From Batkoa obscura (Eukaryota), in the NCBI GenBank assembly GCA_030770535.1, contig JASVEC010000002.1, positions 1,550,001-1,614,000 of the forward strand: DNA of 64,000 bases. The letters are read 5' to 3'. Position 1 is the stretch's first letter; every line of letters begins with the position of its first letter. Made by a program: the position numbers and the translations under genes. Of the stretch, positions 53,316 through 63,417 are shown piece after piece. A model generated the notes under the pieces. That model did no database searches, was not told where the DNA came from, and worked only from the letters and a program-made list of their open reading frames with translations.

Positions 53316-55072
53316 GTATAAAATTCAAGTTTTTTATGACATTAAAGCCTGGAAAAGTAGTATGTCAAGTATTTCAAAAATTAAAGTATTTTTCAGCAAT
53401 TAAAAAAATTTGATAATTATATGAAAAGGATTAAACTTGTTGATTGTCCATAGCTAGAAAAAGAATTTAAATGCTTTAAACTGGAATATTATTAAAATTT
53501 ATATAGTTTTTTCAAGATAGAAGTCGCAGTAAAGTTGTATGATTATAATACCTAAATGTTTACTACATTCTATTCTTATTTTTAAAATAAATTTTAATCA
53601 AAAAACCCAATAGTTAAATAAAAAATGCTATATAAACCAATAGTAAAATTATATTTTCCAACCTGGAAATTTATAAAAATAGTACAGATATAAATATACA
53701 CATAAAATAGAACAAATATAAAATCATGTTATCAAAAACCAAAAGTTAAATGTTATGTTTTAAAAACATTTTTTAAAATAATATCTGAATTTTAAATGGC
53801 TAATAATCAAAACATTGTAATTTTGAACCAAGAAGTTATTAATATTGTTTGTTTTATATTTGTAATTATTATTTGTCACTAAAACTGCATGTTAGCTGTT
53901 AAATGCTTTTCAAGTCTAATATTTATTGACTTTTATTCCTGATTTAAAATAGCCCTAAGTTGTTTAATTTTAGTTTTTGATTTTTTTTAATATTTAAAAT
54001 AATATTTAAAAAATTACTGCATATTTTCAATAAAATTCAAATCTGGGCTTTAAGCAAATCAATACATAAAATTGTAAATTTAGTAAGTGGGGATTTTTTT
54101 TTAAAGTTTTCTCTGATTTAGAAATTGAGCTAAAATATTAATGAGTTTTTTTGATTTACAACTTTAAATTATTATTTTATCATTATTTTATTTAATTGTA
54201 TAATATTTTTTTATCATTTTATTTATTTGTTTATATAATATAGCCTAAGCTTAATACAATTTTTTTATGTATAGCTTATCTAAATAAAGCTTATAAACTG
54301 CTTTATATAATTTAAAACTTACTAATATCAAACTATTTAAAGTATTTTTATAAGCATAAATATTCATATGTATATTTATATTATAGAGTTAAAATTTAAT
54401 TAATTATAAATGATAATAATAGATTTTTTTACCAGCTTTGTTCATGATTTTTTTAAACCCTTTAATATATAATAAAAGCAAAAAATTACTTACAATATTA
54501 ATTCTGATACTAACACTTTATGTTATTAATTATGAGATATTGATAGCTTTTATCATACTATTTAAAAAACACTTTAATACTTTTTAATATTACAATTTAC
54601 ATAAAGATTATAAGTTAAGGTTTGATAATCTGAGCTTACAATGTTGATCAATTATCAAAAAAAATGAAAAAACAGTTTTTTTTCAGGAGTATAAAAATTA
54701 ATTTGGTATGACTATATATTTGGAACTTGTAACTTTAAAATTAATACAATACAGGCTTATCAAAAATTATATGCACAAAAGTTTAACAAAATTGAAAACT
54801 ATTACTAATTTGTGATGATTTAATATAGCTTAAGTAGTTTTATATGATTTATTGATTTTTGTCTTATTTTTTTAGGTTGACTGCCTTGAGTCGTATTTTT
54901 CTTCGACTTTTATATAGTATACAAATTAATCACTTGATCCTATTAGTCATTTGATCCTAAATGTTGAATATTCTTACATGAAGTTAAATAAAATAACAGT
55001 AAGAATATTTAATAAAAAATATGTGCTATCAAAAAATAAAGCTACAGAGCATGGCTATTTAATCCATGTAAT

Positions 55073-55135
55073 ACTATATTATATTATATTATATTATATT
55101 ATATTATATTATGTTATATTATATTGTATGATATT
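55073..55135. repeat. (ATATT)n pentanucleotide microsatellite
   Basis: Tandem atatt units, degenerate at the right end. Confidence 0.85.
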
Positions 55136-55673
55136 TTGATTTTTATAATGGGCTTAATTTCTGAAATGTTCATTTTAAATAACTTCAATTCTACAAAACC
55201 TTACCCTTCTTGATCAATTATGGCTAAATTTCAAAATGATTCTAACAGCAGTTAACAGCAAGTGTTTAAACTATAAATACAATTTTTTTAAAAGTCAATG
55301 GTGTTTTTTTTGTTTTTTTGTCTGTTTAAACATCAACACTATGCCAATTCATTAGCTTGATTTTATTAAGGTTTTTGATTTTCAATAAAGAAAATTCAAT
55401 AAGTTTGACAGTACGGATCAAATGAATATTGGGATCAAACGACTAATTTGTATTTTATTATATTAGTACATGATTTTAAAATACACTTGTCCTATTTTTA
55501 TGTTAAAGAAGCAAAAATAACAACTCAGCTTTTTTTTAAACGATTTACTATCTTTTCAATGATACACTAATATCAGATAATATAAAGCTGCTCGGATTGA
55601 TATATAAAATAGATCATAATGATTGTATTAGTTAAATAGAGTTGTAAATCGAATAACTTTTGGAATGTGATTT

Positions 55674-55770
55674 GGGGATGTATTTTTTTGTTTAAGAATT
55701 TTACTACAACCTTTCCACTCAAATAGTGCTTAAAAAATGGAAAAATAATGAAACCAAAAAAAACAACCCC
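55674..55770 (+). mobile_element. MITE family A copy
   Basis: Consensus match; TSD ATTT/ATTT. Confidence 0.9.
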
Positions 55771-56871
55771 ATTTGTTATTTTGGTGAACCGTTTTTTGAA
55801 GAAAAGCACAAGATGTGTGTGTTGTATTTTTTATAGTTCAATGAAAATATTTTAAGTATAATCTATAAGTAAATTTTCGATGAATATGGTCATTTTAAAT
55901 GAAAAACTAAAAAATATTTGAGAAAGAAAATTAACATTTTGATTATCATTCTTGTTACATTATGCTTACTTCAAAAGGTATTTTTATGAAAATGAACTTG
56001 AATTAGAATAAAGCAAAAGCTAACATTGTGGATATCACTATTTTGAGAAAAACGTATATTCGAGTTTAAATGTTTAAACAAAGTTTGGTCTTTATGTATA
56101 ACAAAGTTGAAAGCTCTTTAATATCTTAGTATAATGAGGAATATATTATTTTAATCGCTACACTTTAAGTTAAGAAAAATCATATAAATTATAACAAATG
56201 ACATTTAAAATAAACTAAATGATAGCACTGAATTTAATATTAAAGAATTAATTTAATAGCTTAGTATAAAACGTTAAATGAAATAGTGTTTAAAGTACAA
56301 AAGTTAAAACAACAGTATCATCCTGTAATCAAATAAAAATAAAAACTTTAATTTTTAAAAGATAAGTTTCACCTGAGTTTGAATGTAAAGTCCTCTCCTC
56401 TATCCTTACAACCATTTCAAAACCTAAGTAATGATTTGATTTTGTTCTATGGCGAAGCAAATCCACTAATGGTCAATTTTAATTAATATCTGAGTTTGAA
56501 ATTATAATCCCGTTTGTTTTATTTTCACTCATAAGCTGTATTTAAAATTTAATAATGTATCTTTAAATTTAATGTTTTGAAATGGTCCAAGTTTTATAAA
56601 TAGATCACTTTTTAATCAGAACTATTTAAATAATTTATTTATCTATTTCTTGATCAAATATTATTTGAGAGACAAAATTAAATTTCATTAAAAGTAGTAA
56701 TTTTTATCTAATTTCTTTAATATTATGTTATAAATTTTCAAACAATTATAAAAGTAAAAATCATAAAATAAGTTTAATAACGGAAATCAATTTATTTGGT
56801 TCTAAGGAATAACAAATGATATTTACACACAATAAGTTACATCATTTGTAAGATGATAACAATAGGCTCGA

Positions 56872-57567
56872 CTATACTCTATACTTGTAATTTCTTTGAC
56901 TAATAGAGTCGATTGGGGAATTTAAAGCATCACTTTTATTATAAAATGATGATGTAGGAGAGGCAATAGATAGTGCAGAAGATGTTGAACATTGAGTTAA
57001 AGCGGAGCCTTTTAATATTTTCTCAATTCCTGGGCTAACTCTTTCATGTACTTTGTTTGTTTTTCTAAATGCTGATCTTTTGTTTTGGAACCAGATCTGG
57101 ACTGAACGTTCAGTCATGTTTAACTCGTCAGCAAGCCTCATACGTGTCGATGTAGTAGGGAAAAAATTGGATTTGAATACGTCTTCTAAAAGTTGTCTTT
57201 GTTCTGGAGCTGCTTTCTTTCTTCTAGGAATTGTAGTATTAATGGTTTTGGATTTAGCCCTTCTAGGTGACTTAACTAGATAGCCTATAATTGAGTCCTT
57301 AGTGTATGGGATAGAGGTGTTACCACTGTAGTTTTTTCCAAGGCCATTTGTATTTAATAGTCCTAGTTCACCTATAGAAGGAAGTGAGACACTATTAGAA
57401 AAGGCTCTACGCTTGTGGCTTGGGGAAGCATAAGTGCTCAAAGGAATATAGTTATTTTCAAAAGTGTTAATATCAGATAAATTATTGCTATTTAAAGAAG
57501 GGAGATCATGACTGAAGTTTGGCATGTAAAGAGTTTGGGTATCAGTGATAGAATAACTTTGATACAT
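56872..57567 (-). CDS. Homeodomain transcription factor HD6 (Q50, intronless)
   Basis: PRRKKAAPEQRQLLEDVFKSNFFPTTSTRMRLADELNMTERSVQIWFQNKRS; N-terminal SLPSIGEL. Confidence 0.94.
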   Translation of the reverse strand: MYQSYSITDTQTLYMPNFSHDLPSLNSNNLSDINTFENNYIPLSTYASPSHKRRAFSNSVSLPSIGELGLLNTNGLGKNYSGNTSIPYTKDSIIGYLVKSPRRAKSKTINTTIPRRKKAAPEQRQLLEDVFKSNFFPTTSTRMRLADELNMTERSVQIWFQNKRSAFRKTNKVHERVSPGIEKILKGSALTQCSTSSALSIASPTSSFYNKSDALNSPIDSISQRNYKYRV

Positions 57568-59160
57568 TCTAAAATTCTAAGATTTAAAAAATGAAAAATA
57601 AGAATAAGAAATTAAATCTAATCATCAAGGCTTTATATATCCTAATTTTTACTAATTTAAAATCAAAGCATTAAATTCAATATATCAAACCATATAAAAA
57701 AGGAATACTATTTCAACTTTCAGTTAATGCAAGGTTTATTCGCTAAAACTGGTTACAAAGTTTTATATAAAAAATAAAGCAAATTAAACGTTATGAAACT
57801 TCGTTTTAATAAAAATTAGCTGAGTCTAAAATAGTTTATATTTTTGTGACTAATCATTCAATTTATTGTTAAAACTATTTTCAATTAAAAGTCCAGAATT
57901 TAAACTACTACTGGATCTATTTTAAACATAGGTTGGGCATTTTAATTTTGTATTTTCTAAATCTAACCTTAGGATTTTCTATTTTTATATTGGCAAAAGC
58001 AAAATAAAAATGCCCAATTCACTTTGAAAAGTATCAGAAATATCAAAATGTAATTAAAGGAAAAACTACAAAAAATAATTCTCAATCTGAGGATTCGATA
58101 AAATTAATAACAATATTATATTTGTAATTGCTAAAGATTAGAATATAGAAAAATGTACAAAAATAGCAACCTCATAAAAACCATGTGGAGCTTTATTTCA
58201 AATAACAAAGTGGAACACAAGGTAGCTGTAATCTGTGCGATTACCAAATATACATCATTAATATAACTACTAAAAACAAATATACATAACAAAATACCTG
58301 GTTAACCTGAATATACATTAAGTATATAACTTTAAGTAGAATTTTATTATTTGATAGATATGTATTTAACTTATTAAAGCTATTGAGTTTTATTTCAGAC
58401 AAATTTAAGGGAGTTAATTTAATATATCAAATACAGATTCTAAACTCAATAATAATTTATATTTGACTTAAGAATAGATTTTGTAATTCTTATGGCAGTT
58501 TGAAATTATTAGTTTTCTATACCAAATAAATTCAAAAAATAATTCACTAGATTTTATGTAAGGTTACTTCATTGATGATAAGACAAAATTAATAGAAACT
58601 GTAACTATTACTATCTTATCGATTTTATATTAAATATTGTACAAACTTTTAATAAAAAACTAATTTATAAATGAAAACAAAACTATCAAGCTTTACTTAA
58701 TTCAAACAATCGCTTTTACTTAATCTTGAACTATTATAAAACAAAATAAAATAAAATAAAACGTAGGGATATCCGAACTGGTTTGATTTTTTTAGCCAAT
58801 TTAAGTATTTTATATTAAGAACTTCGTTTAAAATTCCATAAAAATAAATTCTTTATTAAAAAGCAAAAGTACCCAACACAGCTTTAAATTATTTTATCAT
58901 AATTTATATTGTAAATTAGCTGAATTTCTATTAAACTTAATAGAGATTTCCGGATTAGTAAGGCTTTTACTAGTATAATCTATATATTAATATTAATCAA
59001 AGTTGTAGTATGTAAATAGATAAATTATTTTAATATCACAATTATATTATCAATATATTGCTAAGTTAACAAATAGCTGTGTAGGAGGGGGTGATTAGCC
59101 ATCAAACTATAGTTAATTATTTTTATATAATATAAGCAATATCATAATACTTTATACTTA

Positions 59161-59630
59161 TTATTATAACTACTTACTTTCTGACTATTTACTAACTTAA
59201 CTATTAACAAGTTAAGTAACATTAACATTTGATAATTGATTTCTATCATTTAATAAACTATTTAATTGCTTAGTAAATATTGAAACCTTTAAATTTTCTG
59301 TTATTTTTATAAAATAAGCTAAGGTTGATCCTCTAATTTTTTAACTTTTAGATTTTTTAGATTTTTTAGATTTTTTATAGACTTTATAACTTTAGTTAGA
59401 ATTGTATTATTTTTTATACATATATATATATTAAATATTATATCTGTTTTCCTATCGTTAACAGTTGAGTTGTTAATTTTATCGTGTTTACAAATAAAAA
59501 TTTCAAATTTTCAAATTAGTCAATTAATATTTTTTATTTTGCTTAATGCTTCAAAACTATTCTTTCATTATAAATTTTTTTATAATGCTTAACAAAAAAA
59601 TTAAAACTAAAATACAAACTACTATTTTAT
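59161..59630. repeat. Decayed dispersed repeat (family C), copy 2
   Basis: Homologous to 20372-21040 in the same orientation. Confidence 0.7.
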
Positions 59631-59699
59631 AAAAAATTTTAAATATACAACATAATAGCCTTTAGGATTTTAAACGATTTCCTATGTCCCCCTATATGT

Positions 59700-59853
59700 T
59701 GTGAAATATCGCTTTATCAGCCCCATGGTTAATTATAGCATAACAATCGCCTAAGCTGTTGTGTTCTCGAGTTCAGAGACAATCAATCCCATGTTCTTAG
59801 TTTGATTTGTTATGCTATAATTAACCATGGGGCTGATAAAGCGATATTTCGCA
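59700..59853. mobile_element. Fold-back (palindromic) derivative of the family B 3' end
   Basis: 47-bp inverted arms (59700-59746 and 59807-59853, one mismatch) around a 60-bp family-B-derived spacer. Confidence 0.8.
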
Positions 59854-60251
59854 CTCCCCGATATCCCTTTTAAAATATTCTAGTCATAAGACAGTATTTA
59901 AATTCAGGATGTTTTGAAAGAATCCTCTGCTCTTTGATTTTCTTCTTCTTTGAATGTACTAACCTCTACAACTTTCACATAGAATGAAAGCACAAAAGTT
60001 AAAAACATTTGATTGTTTGACAGTGAAGCTATCTTATAATTTAAATTTGTATTTAGTATTCAACATTTTGGCTAACATAAGCAAAAAAACTATATGTTAA
60101 TAAAAAAATTATCTTTTACCTTTAAACAATTTTTTAAAACCCTAAACAAATCAGAATTTAAATATGTTATTTTTTGAAGCTTAATTTAAAAGTCTTATTG
60201 TTATTGAAACTAGCTTTTTGTTTGTACACTGTGATTTTTTATAGAATATAT

Positions 60252-60348
60252 GGGGATGTATTTTTTTGTTTAAGAATTTTACTATAACCTTTCCACTCAA
60301 ATAGTGCTTAGAAAATGGAAAAATAATGAAACCAAAAAAAACAGCCCC
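60252..60348 (+). mobile_element. MITE family A copy
   Basis: Consensus match; TSD ATAT. Confidence 0.9.
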
Positions 60349-60667
60349 ATATATATAAAATACATTAAAAAATTAAAAAATTATAATAAAAAATAAGAGT
60401 AGATTGCTGGATTAAATCAATTAGAACGTTTTGGTTTTTCGATGTGAAATTAAATTTAAGTAGTATAAAAAAATTTATTAGATATAATATAATAATTTTA
60501 AGCTCCAAGCCATTTGTTGGTATTTATTTAATATGGATAAAGGGTAATTTTATGAGTGGCTTGGCAGATAGCTTAAAGCCTAAAAATTATTTATTTTTAA
60601 TAATATCTCTTTTAGTATTATTTGAATTACAAATAATAATATAAAATATTTAAAGGATTTTAGCATT

Positions 60668-60765
60668 GGGGATGTGTTTTCATGTTTAAGAATTTTACTA
60701 ATAAAATTTCCGCTCAAATAGTGCTTAAAAAATGGAAAAAGTAATGAAGCTAAAAAAATATCCCC
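60668..60765 (+). mobile_element. MITE family A copy
   Basis: Consensus match; flanks catt/atta. Confidence 0.88.
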
Positions 60766-61362
60766 ATTATTAGCTAAACTCATAAATGACTAAAGAAAAA
60801 AAATTAAATGGTAATGGTAAAGTTGTTGATTACAACGATAATTTTAATTATTCAGTTTCTTATACAAAATGTTTACTGATCAAAATTTGTTTTATCTAAG
60901 AACGTAATATCTCCAACAATACTTTTTTCTATTGCAAATATATACTCCTGGCAGTTTTTTAAAATGTTTTAGCTGTTTACAAAGTCCTCAATCCAAATTT
61001 TGACTAATAAAACAGGTGGATTTATCAAAATAATTTTTATTCTAAAAAAACAAATAATGAAAAAAGCTTATCCTTCAACTTTAGTCTTATTGAATTATTT
61101 TACTCTAGCTTTCTTATAATATTTTACTAAATAAAACGCTACCTTTTTCAGTTAAGGACTAAAAACGATTATAAAAAAATGATACCTCAATAAGTTCAAT
61201 CCGTTGTTTTTAAAATCGAAACCATTCAAAGGAAAATGCAATGAACCATAAATTTGTTAGAGGTTAATATAAAACAATGATTTTTCCTTAAAGGATGTTA
61301 TTGAGTATGTAATAGCATATATATAAAAATAATTTCAAAAAATTTAAACAGAAGATTTTTAT

Positions 61363-62055
61363 ATGCATCCTATTGCTCCAAATAAGGCTTATGATTCATT
61401 CAATTACTTTGAAATACATCGCTTAGTAGCTGCTTTTTTATCTATTGGAATTGGATTATTTATCTTGGTAACAGTAAGACGAAGGGATATCACAAAATTT
61501 ATCTACTTCATTAGCACATTTTTATTATTTTATTATGCTATAAATCAATTATACTCCATGATAGTATATCTAGCTGATTTTGAGGTATCCTCAAGCACTG
61601 GTAACTACCTTTTGATTCCATTCTCAATCATTCCTCTACTCGTTGGATTACCTACACTACATAATCAAAGCTTTGGCTGTTATTCGACAGCTGGATTAGC
61701 TGGATTTTTAATTTGGAGTTTATTCTCGGTATTTTTAACAGCAAACGTAAGGTATTTCAACTTTACTATAAGCCTTACATTTGTCATTATAGGGTTTATT
61801 TATTTCACTTACCATAATAGTAAAAGTGTCTTTAATATATTAAGTTGTTGGATTGGAACTTGTTTATTAATTCAAGGCATTCAAAATGTTTTACTTGTTT
61901 CTATTTTACTAGCTGATAAATTAGACATTTTAGATATTGCCACTTTAGTGTGTCACATTTCAACTATTTTTATAAAAATTGGTTTGATTGCTTATCTTGA
62001 TATAAAGGTAAAGCTCATGGAGCTTATAAGTAAAAATAATCAGTCCATTACTTAG
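61363..62055 (+). CDS. Multi-pass (~7 TM) membrane protein, possibly TMEM198/DUF4203-like
   Basis: 230-aa intronless ORF made of consecutive hydrophobic segments. TM1-basic loop-TM2 pattern and an SxxIG...IQGI segment resemble DUF4203; the family call is tentative. Confidence 0.6.
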   Translation: MHPIAPNKAYDSFNYFEIHRLVAAFLSIGIGLFILVTVRRRDITKFIYFISTFLLFYYAINQLYSMIVYLADFEVSSSTGNYLLIPFSIIPLLVGLPTLHNQSFGCYSTAGLAGFLIWSLFSVFLTANVRYFNFTISLTFVIIGFIYFTYHNSKSVFNILSCWIGTCLLIQGIQNVLLVSILLADKLDILDIATLVCHISTIFIKIGLIAYLDIKVKLMELISKNNQSIT

Positions 62056-63146
62056 TTCAGCATCTTTTTGTCCAAACTTATTTCATATTATTAACAGATG
62101 GGTTCCCATAAAACTAAAAGGCTTTCATCATCTCTACATCCTTATTTAATTAATTTTTAACTCAAATCATTAATAAATCATTTAAGTGTATGAATTTTAT
62201 TTAGTTTTTACTATTTGGTTGTAAACACGTTTTATTATTATCTGTTTTCCAATTGAAGATATATGACAATGACTCTAAATATCTTATAAATAATTCTTTG
62301 AGTTAACAAAATGGGAGCTATTCGATAAAAAGGTATCTTTTTAATATCAATAAATGTCACTTATTGTCCTTAGCTAAACTATAATAATAACCATTAGCTT
62401 AATACAAACGACACTAAATACCTATTATTTTAAACTTAATACTATCCTTAACGCTAAATTTCCATTTGTTAATAAACGCTACCATAAAGATAAGACACTT
62501 GAGAGTGGTTATTAGGATTATTGACACCAATTTGAAGATCATTATTAAGATAGTAAAAATTAGGTTGTCAATTGCACTTATCAAGTTTCAGAGGCTATTT
62601 ATTTCTTAAGCTTCCACAATATTATTAAGTTATTCAACATTATAACATTGGTTTTCAGCATTCGGGTTCTTTTAATTTTCAGTCGTCCTTTTACTATTAA
62701 TTACTCAAGTAGCAATAGAATTTAAAACTCTGATATCCTAATTTCCATACTAATTTTTATAATGTATAAGCATAATATTTATTTAAAATGTATATAATAT
62801 CTTATGAAACTTTCAATAGAAGTAACTTTATAATAAGTTAAAGTTTTAAAAACTATTAAGCTTTCAAAAGGTTTTTTATATATACTAATAAAGCATATGA
62901 AAGTTACTAACATTTTCAAGTTTAAAAAAAGTACTTGTGATTAGTTTGTTATTTCCAAACAATTTTAAACTTGAAATTCAAACTTAAAATATTATTTCAA
63001 ATATTTTAATAGTATTCTAAAAGGGTATTATTAGAGTATTTACTTAGCGAAAGTGCCAATATGCTAAATGACATTATATATATCAATAAGTTTAAAGAGT
63101 AGCATCTTAATAATAGCAATGAATTCCAGTTCTTGTGGAAAGATAT

Positions 63147-63230
63147 GGGGATATATTTTTTATTAGCAATTTTTCCACTCAAATAGCACTTAAGAAATGA
63201 AAAAGCGATGAAACCAAAAAAAACACACCC
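63147..63230 (+). mobile_element. MITE family A copy with small internal deletion
   Basis: Both ends present; TSD ATAT. Confidence 0.8.
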
Positions 63231-63321
63231 ATATACTTTTTATTCTTTTAAAAGCGTAAGTAATAATTTAACCGTTAGTTTTAGTTGCTATTATTGAAAT
63301 AAAATTATAGTCTAACAATAT

Positions 63322-63417
63322 GGGGATGTATTTTTGTGTTTAAGAATTTTACTAATAATTTTTCCGCTTAAATAGCGCTTAAAAATGGAAAAAATAATGG
63401 AGTCAAAAAACATTCCG
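63322..63417 (+). mobile_element. MITE family A copy
   Basis: Consensus match; TSD ATAT. Confidence 0.88.

Noticed and set aside
54951..55139. ORF with ILYYI repeats
   Set aside because: Translation of the (ATATT)n microsatellite.
3480..57283. Antisense/overlapping ORFs (1792-1977, 3480-4049, 27163-27381, 27341-27607, 27686-27889, 40515-40712, 57053-57283)
   Set aside because: Shadow frames of real genes, with no independent coding signal.
12836..57567. Homeobox genes as a mating-type (HD1/HD2) locus
   Set aside because: There is no closely spaced divergent HD1/HD2 pair and no TALE/atypical homeodomain. All six are similar Q50 domains in short proteins, kilobases apart. A mating role is not formally excluded.
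12836..57567. True animal Hox/ANTP cluster or contamination
   Set aside because: No YPWM hexapeptide or ANTP-class signatures (LELEKEF, KIWFQNRRMK), and the neighbouring genes are fungal (Zn2Cys6, Crh-type GH16).
10446..60783. Short similar ORFs (10446-10655, 11197-11394, 36572-36769, 53079-53306, 55573-55809, 60580-60783) as a small-protein family
   Set aside because: Their shared 'FFKHYLSGK'-type peptides are just translations of MITE family A.
5882..63417. The ~99-bp repeat as a CRISPR array, tRNA/SINE or ncRNA
   Set aside because: Copies are dispersed in both orientations with TIRs and TSDs. There are no regular spacers, no cloverleaf or A/B boxes and no 3' tail.
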